A stretch of DNA of 63,960 nt, filler included, from Octopus bimaculoides (GCF_001194135.2; 5 parts of 5 records of this genome joined end to end with filler, not necessarily neighbours in it); one strand, 5' to 3'. Counted from the first letter of the whole stretch, positions 49,215-63,702 are shown. Numbers and translations: made by a program. The notes: a model not told the origin generated them from the letters alone.

Positions 49215-51049
49215 ATTTCCCCTGTTTCATCATCAATGGTCTGCTAGTGGGAGCCCCCTCCCTTAGTTGTCAGTCAGCATCTTGTTTTAAGTTTTCCTTT
49301 ACCAAACCTCATGAGTTTATGACTATACCAACCATGATTTCTGTCTGCTCTCTCACCCCTACCCCTAACAGATAATGCCCTTTATTCTCTTAAGCTTTAG
49401 ATATGAAAGGTTTGATATGATAGTCTATAAATCTAAACTATAAAAACAAATAAAATCAGTGACAGGCAGAGTCTTCTTTGAGATTTTATTTATTAGCTTC
49501 CATGGTGTGGCTAAAGCAAGATGTTCTCTGTCTGTCACCCTGACTTCTGGGAGATTTTAAGTATTATTATACTAATGTTCCATCTGTTCTAATTTAATTA
49601 AATTCTATGACTTTGTGCAGCTGAAGATTGCTCTAGATTTTAAGTTGATGTAATGATTACATTGTTCAATTAAATGGAGTTGCACAAAACGATCGTACTG
49701 CTTCACCTCTGGATATCCTTGTTGCTTATTTTGATTTTAATCACCTTACTTTGAAATTGTATGGATAATACCGTATTAAATTCTGGTGCCTAAACTTAAG
49801 TACCATATTTCACCTGAATCTATATATACATATATATATATGTGTGTGTGTGTGTGTGCGTGTGTGTGTGTATGTATGNNNNNNNNNNNNNNNNNNNNNN
49901 NNNNNNNNNNNNNNNNNNNNNNNNNNNNNNNNNNNNNNNNNNNNNNNNNNNNNNNNNNNNNNATATATATATATATATATATATATATACGACGGTCAGT
50001 TTCCGACTACCAATTCCACTCCTAAGGATTTGGCTGGCTCGAGGCTATAGTAGAAGGCACTTGCCCTGGATGACACGCAATGTGTTATGCAACAATTTTA
50101 ACGATTTTAACATTCACATAATGGAGGCGCATGACTTGGTGGTTAGGGTGTTGAACTCAAAATCGTAGGATTGTGGTTTCGATTCCTGGACCGGGTGACG
50201 TGTTGTGTTCTTCAATTCATGTTGCTCAAGTCCACTCAGCTGGTAAAAATGATTAGTCATGAGACCAACCGGCGTCCGTCCAGGGAGAGAATATATACGC
50301 AACGGAAATTTGGAAACCGTCCCTATGAAGGGTTTTATACTCCTTTTTTATCCTAACATTTAAATAATTAGGACGTCTGTCCAAACCTCTTTGTATAGTG
50401 TATTCACTTTGATCAAGCAAAAATCTTTATGTCTGACGGTTCCCCAACTCCATTAAGCGCAACAGCCAAATGGTCACGTGTGAACACGTTTGTAGTGTTG
50501 CAAAGGAAGTAACTTATTAAAATTAAACGGAGAGAGATGAATATTTGTTCGTAAATTTTCTTAAGGGAAATTCAAAGAACGATGTTTCATAATTGTTTTC
50601 CTATTTTGTAATAAAGGTATTTTTAAAAAAAACAAATGATTTTTTTTTATTCGCGAAAGTGCTAGCTGAATGTCTTTGATGTTGAGAAATATGTACGTAT
50701 GCCTGAGTTTATACATACATACATACATACATACATCATTTAAGTATATATGAGTATGTCTAGATATGCAAGTATATGCATGAGTAGACATACATAAAAC
50801 AAAACATATAAATCTGCAGGTATAGATACATACAAAAATACCCTGTTGTTGATATTGAATTTCCAATGAAGTTGCCTTGGATCTAGGTTAGAAATCAACT
50901 CTTTCTCTATCGGCAAGAAATCTTGAAATAGAACCGAATAATGACATACATACATACATACATACATACATGCATGCATGCATGCATTCATGCATGCATA
51001 CATACATACATACATAATACATACATACATACATGCATGCATGCATGCA

Positions 51050-51084
<35 letters not shown>

Positions 51085-52319
51085 GCATATACGTACGTAC
51101 ATATAGAAGGTGAGAGCGAGCAAGAAAGATGAGGAGTGCAAATCTAGCCAGATTTTATGTTACAGACAGTCAGATTTAAGAAGAATTATTTTAGCGATTT
51201 GCCCAAAACAACTTCAGCTGTGAATCCAAGAATTCGATTTGAAGTTGCACACCCGTCCAAATAAAAAAAATTGCGCAGGTGTGCAAAAGGTAAGATCCAT
51301 GGCAAAGGAACAGCTAAATTTTTCCTTTAGCCAAGGAATGTCCTTGCAATGAAAGCATAGAATTTCTAAAAAGTTAATACGAATATTTCTTATATGGTCC
51401 TCCGTATTATCTCGTGCCAAGACTTGCTGGGCTGAAAACAACGAAGGTTCAATAATAAGTTCTAAATATTTTCGCTGTTAAGCCTACTAGCTGCTTGTGT
51501 GCAGTATTTAGTTGATCCAACACCGATGTTTTATGCATTGTGTTCGCTCGATAGTTTATAATTTTAGTATGGTATGTTGAGGGCAAGCACTTTTTGCGCA
51601 CTTTGTGTGCCGGCTTGTCTTTTTCTCATTATCCAAAGTTAGAGTAACAGGAAGCCTGACATTTGCCAATGCCATAGGCAAATCAATTTAAAAATTTAAA
51701 CCATTCACTTTTTACCAAATTTCTTTAGATTTCAGTGCGTCAAATTAATTAATATTATCCTGTTGAAGGCGGCGAGCTGGCAGAATCGTTTGTACACCGG
51801 GCGAAATGCTTAGCGGCATTTCGTCCGTCCTTACGTTCTGAGTTCAAATTCCACCGAGGTTGACTTTGCTTTTCATCCGTTTGGGGTCGATAGAATGAGA
51901 AATTTGGTAAGGAGTCTACTTTGAGAGATTTCAAGAGTGAATGGCTTAAACCTTAAAATTGGTTTACCTATGCCATTGGATCTCAAGGTGCGCAGAAATG
52001 TGTTTGTCCTCAGTAGCACATGCTGGGACCGAGTACTGGGGTCGATGTAATCGACTTGTCCTTTGTCCCGAAATTCCTGGTTTGATAGGCTTCCTTGCAA
52101 TTTCTGTCTTCCAAATCCACTTAAAAAGGGATTGGTCAGCCCAAGACTATAGTAGAAATTGCTCAAGGTGCCATGCAAAGGGACTGAACTCGAAACCTTG
52201 TGGTTTAAAAGTAAACTTCTTACCACAGCCAAATATTTTTCAAAAAAAGAAAAAAAGAAAAAGCCCTCAGGAACTGTTGCGACTTTTCGAGTACGGATGT
52301 AAAAGCGATTGTCTAACCA

Positions 52320-52835
52320 ATATGAATAATCCGATCATATTTTTATTTGTAATCAGTCTAATTGTTTTGCACGTTTCATGTGTTGGCAATAAAACGTCTG
52401 CATGTGTTTTTTCGTGATTTGGTGTCCACCAGTAGAATATGCATCGGATGCTGCATCATGCATAGAACTGATATATGCTACAATAAATTGATTTCAGAGA
52501 GAATGCGTTCCGCATTTCATCTCAGAATTGATACAAATATTATTACATCAAAGACTAAATAAGTATGATTAATCCGATAGTATTTTTATTTGTAATCAGT
52601 CTAATTGCTTGCAGCATTTTTCACGTTTCATGTGTTGGCAATAAAACGTTTGCATGTTTTTCCGTGATGAGATTTGGTTAGCACAATACGGATTTGGTGC
52701 CTACCAGTAGAATATTCATCGGATGCTCTATCATGCATAATGCAGATATGCGTAACCATAAATAGATTTCGGAGAGAACATGTTCCGCATTTCATTTCAG
52801 AATTGGTGCAAATATTATACATCAAAAACTAAATA
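52320..52835. repeat. Diverged ~250-bp tandem duplication
   Basis: aatccgat..tatttttatttgtaatcagtctaattg...catcaaa.actaaat present twice. Confidence 0.85.
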
Positions 52836-53129
52836 TAGAAGTATTACAACCCACTGAGATTTTCTGTAATTAACGAAAACGTGAGTGAACTATAACGAGA
52901 GAGTTAACCGGGTGAAATAATAGTATTAATGCTAGTTATTGTAGTTCTAAATAAAAATAATGGGAGCAATTATAAGCAGGTCGTTAATGACAGTTATTTT
53001 GCTAGCATTGTTAATTGGATAATTATTTTGCTTTCCTTTGTCCTATTTTCCCTTCTTGTTTTGTCAGAATATTTTTACTATGTTTTTGCCCAAATTTGAG
53101 GAGGCGCTTACTCTGAATCCCTTGCGCTC

Positions 53130-53198
<69 letters not shown>

Positions 53199-53616
53199 NN
53201 NNNNNNNNNNNNNNNNNNNNNNNNNNNNNNNNNNNNNNNNNNNNNNNNNNNNNNNNNNNNNNNNNNNNNNNNNNNNNNNNNNNNNNNNNNNNNNNNNNNN
53301 NNNNNNNNNNNNNNNNNNNNNNNNNNNNNNNNNNNNNNNNNNNNNNNNNNNNNNNNNNNNNNNNNNNNNNNNNNNNNNNNNNNNNNNNNNNNNNNNNNNN
53401 NNNNNNNNNNNNNNNNNNNNNNNNNNNNNNNNNNNNNNNNNNNNNNNNNNNNNNNNNNNNNNNNNNNNNNNNNNNNNNNNNNNNNNNNNNNNNNNNNNNN
53501 NNNNNNNNNNNNNNNNNNNNNNNNNNNNNNNNNNNNNNNNNNNNNNNNNNNNNNNNNNNNNNNNNNNNNNNNNNNNNNNNNNNNNNNNNNNNNNNNNNNN
53601 NNNNNNNNNNNNNNNN

Positions 53617-53671
<55 letters not shown>

Positions 53672-53985
53672 GTGTGTTCCTGCGTGTATGTATCTTTCTG
53701 TTTGTGCTTGTCTCTACCACCGCTTGAAACCGGTGCCGGCGTGTTTATGTCTCTGTAACTTAGTAGTTCGATAAGTATCAGGGTTTTAAAATACGTACTG
53801 GGCTAGATTGGGTCACCTAAAATGCTTCAAAGGGATATCCCAGCATGCCCACAGTCTAAAACAGCTAAAACAGCTAAAAGATATGAGTGTGTACATTTAT
53901 TCATACATACATATATACATACATACATACATACATAAACGCGCGTGTACATATGTATGACTATGTATGTATGTATGTATGTATG

Positions 53986-54051
<66 letters not shown>

Positions 54052-54129
54052 AACTCTTATATACACAGTACACACAAACGTACATATCTTACTGAACTAT
54101 CATCTATCTATCTTTAATGATAAACTTAT

Positions 54130-55300
54130 GCCTATGTCCACATCTATATTCTGTGGTGTCTCAATGACATCCATCAATATCAAGACACCAACAATGTTTG
54201 CTTCCGAGAAAAATAGAAATCGATTTTATGAACAAATAAAGGGTACTATTCAGAAAATTTTGGTTGTAGATAATATAATTCTTGGGCTTTCAATGCACGA
54301 GTTGATGAAAATTTCGAAATATGATGCTGTTTTGGATATCCTGGAATGAAATATTCTTGTTTACTGCTGCTACAAATAATCACAAGAGTGAATTCAACTG
54401 TAAGAGATTCATAAAGAAACTTGGATGAACCCAAGCTCCAAGAATTAGATTTATGTTCTAACTAGAAGGAAAGATTTGAATGATATGACAGATCTCTGGA
54501 TTTTAAGAACAGGGATTTTTATTTGATAGAGATCATAATCTTCTACAAACTAAACTGATATTCAAAGTATGCCCCAAAATTAGAAAGCAGAATTTTCGAT
54601 CCCCCAAATGGCTAGGTGTTGCAAAATTAAAAAGAAAATCTTTCAGGAAAGTTTTATTTCATTGGCATAAGGTACTAAATAGAAGGGGTTTTCCCAGTTT
54701 CAAAAGAAGTATTAATAGTTACAAAATCCAAAAGTGAGAATTGGTCTGGTGTTAATGAAATGTAAATTTGTGCAAAGATACTTGCATAAATAGCTGTCAA
54801 AATAAAACTACTCAGTCAACGGTTCAGAAAGAAATTGGAAGCTCAAAAATAAGGGACTGATCGAACGTGCCTATGATCTTCAGGAAGCACACGACAAAAA
54901 TGACATTAAGGAACTTTGCTCTGTTGTTGATTAAGTTTGTAGTCTTCGGTAAATTTCGAGTGTCCCAATCAAGGCTAAAGATGGCAAAATCCTTATTAAA
55001 AATTCCAGTGTCTCTCAGCTGTGACAAGAGCGTCTTAGTGACATGTAACATATTAAATCTCGGAGTAAGTCTTTATAAAACTGTTATTCTTTATCAGCTC
55101 TATCCCAGAAGACTTTCTCAAATGGATCCGAAAATAACTATATTTGGCAAAACTTGAAAAATCGTATGTGTATTCAAATATCTTGACAACGTGTTAAACA
55201 AGGGACGAAAATCTTAACGAAACTGAAAACAAAATTCAAAGTTATGAATATGTTTTAGCAATTATAATCAACTCGATTGCTTCAACGATATGTGAAAAAA
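54130..55300 (+). mobile_element. Highly degenerate APE-type LINE (RTE-like) fragments
   Basis: PTMFASEKNRNRFYEQIK..DNIILG / FNARV (APE GDFNAR-like); later FKYLDNVL (YLG-like). Confidence 0.5.
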
Positions 55301-55369
55301 TAGCACAAAAATATAAATTTTGAAAGCATGAAATTTGTCTGTATAACTGTGAAACAAATATATCTTCAA

Positions 55370-56455
55370 ACCTATTTAACAATTGAAACGTTATCAAGCA
55401 AAAGTGTCTCCGACAAATTTTTCCGATAAAAGGTTTTGTGAATGGTTTTGGTATACGGAAATTAAAAGAAGCGAGCGTCGAAGTGCATCCCTTGACCAAG
55501 TTTACATACATGAGGCTGATAACATCATTAGACTTGGAAGGCAGCTCCTTGAGCAACACTCTTTGCCTGATAACCTAAAGTGCATGCCCAAATTCGCGTG
55601 ACTCTAACGCAACATATCATCATATGAAAGGATGAGCCTATATGAGCAGAAGACTATGTATGGATATGTTAGTAGAAAGCTCCGTGATGATAGTAACATC
55701 GATCATCAAATAAGTTTATCATGGACGAATAGCCGGATTACTAACTCTCACTTTGAAGGGTTTGCAATCCAGGCACAGGAAATATCAACCAAATACTTGA
55801 TGCACAAAAGGGATAGAGATGCTGGAAAAGCCGTAAAATGTGACAACCAATTCAGACTTTGTGAAATTCACACTGAAGATATCACCCACATCATAAGCAG
55901 TTGACCGAAAATGTCATCACGGTATTATCTACCTATGAGATATGACGTTGTAGCTAGGACACTCTATAATGAAATCTGTAGGAAGGATAATCCCGAGGAC
56001 AAAGAAATAAACCCCCACAATATGGTAGAAGCCATAGCTTGTCATAATAAAAAGGAATACTGGTGTAATACTCCAGTGAAGATCTCAATAAAATGTAAAC
56101 ACAACAGACCTGATATAAGGATTTGAGATAGAGAAGAGAAACTGTGCACAGTTGTGGAAATTAGCTGCCCAGCGGATGTTAACATAAAATTGAAGATCAG
56201 TGAAAAAAGAACACCTATGCTGAACTATTGAAAAATTTGCAGTTACTTTATCCAGATTACAAGTTCAAGTTTATACCTGTAATTATTGAGGCCCTCTGAT
56301 ACGTAACACACTGCCTAAATACCAACCTTGAGAAATTAGCCTTCTGAAAGCAAGAAAGGAAAAAGCCAATTCGAAGACTACAGTTACAATCCATCATTAG
56401 AACTGTAAAAATCTGTAAAAACTTTCCAGAAGTTTATCGTTTAAATATATATGAG
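55370..56455 (+). mobile_element. R4/Dong-like RLE non-LTR retrotransposon 3' part (degenerate)
   Basis: AIQAQEISTKY, RLCEIHTEDITHIISS (CCHC knuckle remnant), RYDVVAR, HNRPDIRI (RLE PD motif). Confidence 0.8.
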
Positions 56456-56879
56456 CATGTCAAGGTCTGAAACATGTATAAGACAAAAAATATGTGTGTG
56501 TGCGTGACCACCGCTTGATAACCCGTGTTGGCTTGTTTACGTACATGTAACTTAGGGGTTCGGCAAAAAAGTGATCGATAAAATAAGTACATGGCTTAAA
56601 GGAAAAATATTACTGGAACTGAATCATTCAACTAAAAGTTGTTCAAGGCTATGCTCGAGCATGGCTGCAGTCTAATGACTGAAACAGATAAAAGAAAGAA
56701 AAAGTTAATCCTTTCAAATGTTCAAATAGTAATCGAGGTTGTCTTTCTAAGGCTGATCTAATTAGCCACTCTAGGGTACTTGAACCAAAGTAAGACATGT
56801 ATTAATCATTTGTTGTAGCGTTTAATGGCTTTGAATGTACTGGTATTCTGAGAGCGCACACTGTGAGTGTATCTGTGTA

Positions 56880-57286
56880 TATGAATTTTGCAATATCTTA
56901 TTCACTTAGTTTTACATGTTTACACTTTTATCGTGTTCAAAATATTCTCCATTTGAAGCAATGCATCGGTCCAGACACGTTTTCCACTTGGAAGCAATGT
57001 TGAAACTCTTGCAAAGGCCTTTTAACGCCTCCGTCGTTTTTTTTTGTTTTTTTTCACCACTTCCACATCTGCAAATTCCGTAGCACCAGCTTCCGTCACC
57101 AGTGATGACTTCGAAAAAAGATTCAGATCAATTGTCAACTGTTCTTTCAGTTCATGATGCGCATTCGGTCGTGACTGCTTTTGACGTTCCGCGAACAAGC
57201 GGGGCACAAATTTTGTTGTAACTTTTTTCATTCGCAATTCGTTGGCAGGAGCTCCAGGACACACCAGTCATATCAACAAGTTTGTG
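56880..57286 (-). mobile_element. Internally deleted mariner remnant
   Basis: KFVPRLFAERQKQSR...; C-terminal RCIASNGEYFE-type motif. Confidence 0.8.
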
Positions 57287-57446
57287 NNNNNNNNNNNNNN
57301 NNNNNNNNNNNNNNNNNNNNNNNNNNNNNNTTAATTAATTAANNNNNNNNNNNNNNNNNNNNNNNNNNNNNNNNNNNNNNNNNNNNAGCGTGAGACGAAA
57401 TAAATTGAAATAAATTTAAATAAAGTTTCCCCAAAATTAGACATAT

Positions 57447-57622
57447 AGGCGCAGGAGTGGCTGTGTGGTAAGTAGCTTCCTTACAAACCACATGGTTCCG
57501 GGTTCAGTCCCACTGCGTGGCACCTTAGGCAAGTGTCTTCTACTATAGCCTCGGGCCGACCAAAGCCTTGTGACTGGATTTGGTAGACGGAAACTGAAAG
57601 AAGCCCGTCGTATATATATATG

Positions 57623-57661
<39 letters not shown>

Positions 57662-57820
57662 CCAACATCGCTTGACAACCGATGCTGGTGTGTTCACGTC
57701 CCCGTAACTTAGCGGTTCGGCAATAAGATAGAATAATTACTAGGCTGGGGTAGATTTGCTCGACTACAGGTGGTGTTCCAGCATGGCCGCAGTCAAATGG
57801 CTGAAACAAGTAAAAGATAT
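57447..57820 (+). mobile_element. SINE family 1, CpG-intact copy
   Basis: Near-consensus copy retaining CpGs (cactgcgtgg, gggccgacc, gcggttcgg). Confidence 0.9.
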
Positions 57821-58196
57821 CTAATATAATAGATGTGAATGCCAGTGTCACACTTCTTCAATTTTAAAAATCCTTTCTACTGGAAGCACAGGGCCTCAAG
57901 TTTTGGGGAAAAGGATTAAGTCGATCCCAGTACGTAACTGATACTAATTTTATCGATTCCGAAAGGATGAAAGGCAAAGTTGACCTCAGCGGAATTCGAG
58001 CTCAAAACCCTAACCGCAGACGAAATACCGCTAAGTATTTCGCCCAGCGTGCTAACGATTCTGCCAGGTCGCTGCCGTAATATAATAATATAATATAATA
58101 TAATACAATACAATAAATGTGAATGTCAGTGTGTCACACTTTTTCAACTTTACTCCTAGAGGCCGTAGCCCAACATATCATACCATTTTGGAATCA

Positions 58197-58420
58197 GGCT
58201 GACTCTGTGAGTAAATTAAAAACACTCCGAGCCAAATCTGGACCCACAATCCTGAAATTTTGGATTCCCAAGCTTTCATTAGTGTGATTGTTTTCGGCAA
58301 TTTTTTTATGTGACTTTTTGCGACAAATTTTTTCGTACCATAACAATTTTTATAATATAAGGGCCAGCTCTGTGAGTAAATTACAAACATTCCGGGCCGA
58401 ATCCGGACCTGCAATCCTGA
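58197..58420. repeat. ~170-bp tandem repeat running into a gap
   Basis: ctctgtgagtaaatta.aaaca.tccg.gcc.aatc.ggacc..caatcctga at ~58203 and ~58368. Confidence 0.75.
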
Positions 58421-60279
58421 NNNNNNNNNNNNNNNNNNNNNNNNNNNNNNNNNNNNNNNNNNNNNNNNNNNNNNNNNNNNNNNNNNNNNNNNNNNNNNNN
58501 NNNNNNNNNNNNNNNNNNNNNNNNNNNNNNNNNNNNNNNNNNNNNNNNNNNNNNNNNNNNNNNNNNNNNNNNNNNNNNNNNNNNNNNNNNNNNNNNNNNN
58601 NNNNNNNNNNNNNNNNNNNNNNNNNNNNNNNNNNNNNNNNNNNNNNNNNNNNNNNNNNNNNNNNNNNNNNNNNNNNNNNNNNNNNNNNNNNNNNNNNNNN
58701 NNNNNNNNNNNNNNNNNNNNNNNNNNNNNNNNNNNNNNNNNNNNNNNNNNNNNNNNNNNNNNNNNNNNNNNNNNNNNNNNNNNNNNNNNNNNNNNNNNNN
58801 NNNNNNNNNNNNNNNNNNNNNNNNNNNNNNNNNNNNNNNNNNNNNNNNNNNNNNNNNNNNNNNNNNNNNNNNNNNNNNNNNNNNNNNNNNNNNNNNNNNN
58901 NNNNNNNNNNNNNNNNNNNNNNNNNNNNNNNNNNNNNNNNNNNNNNNNNNNNNNNNNNNNNNNNNNNNNNNNNNNNNNNNNNNNNNNNNNNNNNNNNNNN
59001 NNNNNNNNNNNNNNNNNNNNNNNNNNNNNNNNNNNNNNNNNNNNNNNNNNNNNNNNNNNNNNNNNNNNNNNNNNNNNNNNNNNNNNNNNNNNNNNNNNNN
59101 NNNNNNNNNNNNNNNNNNNNNNNNNNNNNNNNNNNNNNNNNNNNNNNNNNNNNNNNNNNNNNNNNNNNNNNNNNNNNNNNNNNNNNNNNNNNNNNNNNNN
59201 NNNNNNNNNNNNNNNNNNNNNNNNNNNNNNNNNNNNNNNNNNNNNNNNNNNNNNNNNNNNNNNNNNNNTATATATATATATATATATTGGAGGAGACATA
59301 TATGTGTGTATGTATAGTGTTTGTGTGAGACTGTACTTGTGTATTTATATGGAGCTTTCGTTAATGTGAAGTAGCGAGGCTTTTTAACATCAGTAAGGAA
59401 AAAAAAAAAACACTTTTACGGTACTCTTCGGACAAGGTTCCTGACACCATTTGTTCTGCACCGAGTTACAAATACAACCTTGTCGTTGTTACCGTCAGAA
59501 ACGAAGTGGGCCTGCAATTAGTCCAAAGGAAATAATGACGATGTCCTTTTCCATTTATTGACATATAAAATGCGCAATACTAACGCTAAGTACTTATAGT
59601 AAACAATGAGCATTTCATTCTTTTATTCTTTAACTTAAGTCATTATACTGAAGCACCATCTTGACGGGTTTAAATCTATCACGACAATTCCAGAACTTAT
59701 TTTAGAATGTGGTACTTATAGTACTGTAATCCTATTACAAAACTACTAAGTCACGAGGGCATAAACAAGTCCACACCGGATGTCAAATGGCTAAAAATGT
59801 GAGCACAATGACGCCTCCATACTCGTATAATAAACACACACGCGCGCGCGCATGTGTGTGTTACAATAATGTTACTCTTTTTAAAGTAGTTTTAAGTATA
59901 GCAACTTATGATGATGATGTGATCTCTACACTGTGAGTAGAATGCAATTCATTGTGAAGATCAAATTTAGCAAGCCAAGAGGCGAATCTTAAAGTCTTAA
60001 TAAACTTGAACTTTTATAACTTACCCAGCATTAATTCGCTACAACGCTCTTTTTTTTAATTATCTTGGAGATGATATTTTCAATAAGATAACACTATATA
60101 TTTTTCTATAATAACTAGTTGAACCAATAGGAATTCCATATGTTCTAAATCTGCTTTTATTTTGATGTCAAAATGTATTTATCTTCATATAAGTGTTCAA
60201 TTATGCTTAAAGCATATGATAATGAGCTCGAAAAAATTATTCATTCTGATGTTGTATACGAGCAGCAGATCGTCTATGA

Positions 60280-60966
60280 CAGTGTTTCCCAACCTATTCC
60301 CCACCAGGCCCCGTTATTACTTATCCGAAAAATCTATGTTATATTGGTAGTTGGCAAAAAACAACTTTATTCGTTATGCTTCATAATTATATACTTTCCT
60401 TAAAGAAATATCCACACTAGAGCATTAAAGTAGCGCTATACTGTATCAGTTTTCACCCAATATGCTTGGCTGGAGGGATTGCTTTAGCTAGACTGGGTTC
60501 TCAACCATTTTTTTTATCTACGGACCTAGTCATTTGATGTTTTAAAACTAGTTTTATAGAAACTTCTTTCAAAATTCCTATTTTGTAATTCACACATTAA
60601 CTTGTGTAGGTTGAACTATGTAAAACGTCAGAGAAAGAAACCTAGTTATTTCTTGCAATATATGCCAATACATACATCTAGAGCAAAAATTTTTCAAGGG
60701 CCTTTAAAATACTATTGTTGACAATTTACTATTTTCTTGCGTGGACCCCCCCCCATCTTATATGGTCCCTAAGGGGCCATATGGACCCCATTTGTGAACC
60801 CTTGGGTTAGACAGAGTATTGGTGTAATATGTTTACTGTGAATAAAGATTTTCATCATTCCATGTCCCACTTAAAAAAAAAAAAGAAAAAAAATTTGATC
60901 CCTGCTCCACTACAATTTTCTCAGGCCCCCATCGGTGAGGCGTATGTTCCACGTTGGGAATCACTG
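60280..60966. mobile_element. hAT-like MITE with 8-bp TSD, containing a nested second hAT-like MITE (~60493-60804)
   Basis: Termini cagtgtttcccaac / gttgggaatcactg; flanks gtctatga / atctatga. Confidence 0.8.
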
Positions 60967-61900
60967 ATCTATGACATTGTCTCGTCTGAACTAAACATTT
61001 CCCAAATTCAGTAATTGTTCTATCTTGTCATACTTTCTTCTTTTCTCGAAGTTTTTCTAATATCTACCAGCTTTTCTTCGTTTATGAAATTACGTTAGAC
61101 CTCTCCCAGAACGTGCGAGTGTGTGTGTGTGTGTGAACGTGGTTACATATAACTAGATCTCTTCTCACTATGTTTTGTTTTTTAATCTGTTGATTTTCTC
61201 TTTGACAATTAATGTATCGTACACGATTGTACACGATTGCACTTAGCTTCTTATCGGCTGGTTTTGTCTTAAATGTTTTCTACTTCCTTGTCTTCGTTCT
61301 CTTAACCTGTCTGTTTCAAACTACGTTGCTTGTTGCTACAACTCCGATCTTATTCCATAATGAATGTTGTTTAAATGCGAAATCAAAAGCAAGCCTCAAT
61401 AAAAATAAAAGTTGACAAAAATATTGTTTATTCCTTTGTCACTCTAATTTCTCGTTACTGCACTGAACTCGACTGAAGATTCGTTCTGAAGCATATTAAT
61501 ATTGAGTTTTAACACGAAGTTATTGATATCGCTGTGCCTAAGCGAAATAGTGACTGACTGATACTCTGTCAGTTACGACTACGAGGGTTCAACAGAACAG
61601 ATTGCTCGTGAAATTAGCGTGCAAGTGGCTGAGCACTCCACAGACATGTGTACCTGTAACGTAGTTCTTGGGGGAGATTCAGCATGACACAGAATGTGAC
61701 AAGGCTGGCCCTTTGAAATACAGGTACTACTAATTTTTGCCAACTGTGTAGACACACACAAACACACTGACACTGACACACACACACACACACACACACA
61801 NNNNNNNNNNNNNNNNNNNNNNNNNNNNNNNNNNNNNNNNNNNNTTAATTAATTAANNNNNNNNNNNNNNNNNNNNNNNNNNNNNNNNNNNNNNNNNNNN

Positions 61901-62135
61901 AGGTGCCTTAGGTATAATAAAAAAATATTCAGAACAATACATAACAAAAACACCAGGACTTACAAATATATATAACATACAGAAAATTGCACTACTGGGT
62001 ACTGCACACATTCTACGCAAAACACTTTCAATACAGTAAACATAAGAGCACCACAGCAAACCACAGCACATACCCAAGGCGCACAGAGCTGCGCTCGGTA
62101 GTGAAGTGAAAGCACGTTATAAAAATAAAACTACT
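61901..62135 (+). mobile_element. 3' end of R4/Dong-like element A, followed by (TAA)n
   Basis: GALGIIKK...IQKIALLGTAHILRKTLSIQ* then 3' UTR and an (AAT)n tract at 62136-62221. Confidence 0.8.
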
Positions 62136-62170
62136 GAATAATGATAATAATAATAATAATAATAATAATG

Positions 62171-62205
<35 letters not shown>

Positions 62206-62221
62206 TAATAATAATAATAAT

Positions 62222-63650
62222 TGTGGATAAAACGAAATATTGTACAATAAGCTACCACGAAGGAAAAAACACGAACAGAGTCTTACAGAATACGACTCAT
62301 ACCAAAACCTGAACTCAGCTCCAAAATTCGCATCGAAGACACTAACACCCGGTACTTTCAGTAATCCAATACAGTTCTAGTATCATTAAATGGAATTTTA
62401 CAGAACTCCATCGCCTGGACAGGAAGACAAAAAAACTTCTAATATCCACCCAAAAGGAGACGTTGATCGATTGTACCTACATAGAAGTAATGTTGAAAAA
62501 GGAAATAATATATGTTGAACTGTGCTATAAGACTTCCACACTAACAATGTACTTATCTAGTACAAAGGATTGGATGCTGCAGGTTCTGTGCAAACACGAA
62601 AGCAGCGAAAAGTCACATTCTATTATCAAGGAAGCTTGTACTTTCGTACGGGAACTTGGCTTTAACCCTTAATGAGATGAAGAACATGAAACCACTGTCA
62701 CGAAAAAAGCAAAACGGATCAAATATACTGCAAAAAAAGGGGAGTAACAAATTGAGGAGCGGTGGAACCAGAAGCGTCTCCATGGACAGTAAATACTTCG
62801 AAGCTGAAATGCTGATGTAGACCAAGCAACAACCCATCAGTGGCTGAGAAGCTCAGGACAGAAAGCAGAGACGGAACGTTTCATATTGGTGACATAATAT
62901 CAAAGCTTGCTTACCAAAAACTACCAGGTTAACGTCCTTCAAAACGTTTCTGACCCTAAATGCAAATTCCGCGATCAATTTCATGAAACAATAGACCATC
63001 TCATCTCAGGATGTCCTGTGCTGACACCGAACTTATAGAAAAAGTCACGATAGGTTAGGACAGTATTTACATTGGAAAATATGGAAACATTATAGAATCA
63101 GCAATCCCGCTTACTGGAATGAACATCCTCCTAAACCAGTCATTGAAGGTGAAAATGTTACTATCCTCTAGGATTTTTCCGTCAACACCGACAGATGGAT
63201 CCGGGTAACGCAATCAGACATTGTCGTTAAAGACAGAGAAGAAAATACTTGTACACCTCTAAGTGTTCCCACAGATAAAAAATATATATATCTGTAAAGG
63301 AATTTTAAAAATTAAATACTTATAAGGACCTGGAAACTGAAATACAACCTATGTGGAATCTTAAAATGAGATCTGTTTCTATTATGGCGTCTGTCAGAAG
63401 CATCTAGATAATATGCCGGGAGAACCATGTCTCAGAGAAATCCTAAAGATTGTGCTGACAGTACTGCCTACATCCTTAGCAGAAGCCCATCAATTTAAAT
63501 GTATGTGTTGTATGACATTTCGCTACTGCCCCTGCTATTTTCCCTCCCCAAGATGTCGGTCATACTGTAAAATCTCTTGTACTTCACTCGCCCTCGGACG
63601 CTGGGTGTGTCTCGGTGAGTGATTGTAAAAAAAACATGCAGATTAAAAGT
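62222..63650 (+). mobile_element. 5'-truncated R4/Dong-like element B between (TAA)n tracts
   Basis: GDVDRLYL-like, CKF..ETIDHLISGCPVL (CCHC), DFSVNTDR..SDIVVKD, YKDLETEI motifs; many disablements. Confidence 0.85.
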
Positions 63651-63651
63651 A

Positions 63652-63701
<50 letters not shown>

Positions 63702-63702
<1 letters not shown>

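Noticed and set aside
51214-51441. ORF with a good acceptor (ttgttttcag) QQVLARDNTEDHIR...
   Set aside because: No donor and no resemblance to expected upstream ITPR sequence.
59427-59512. Minus-strand possible exon AHFVSDGNNDK...
   Set aside because: Weak splice signals and no recognisable homology.
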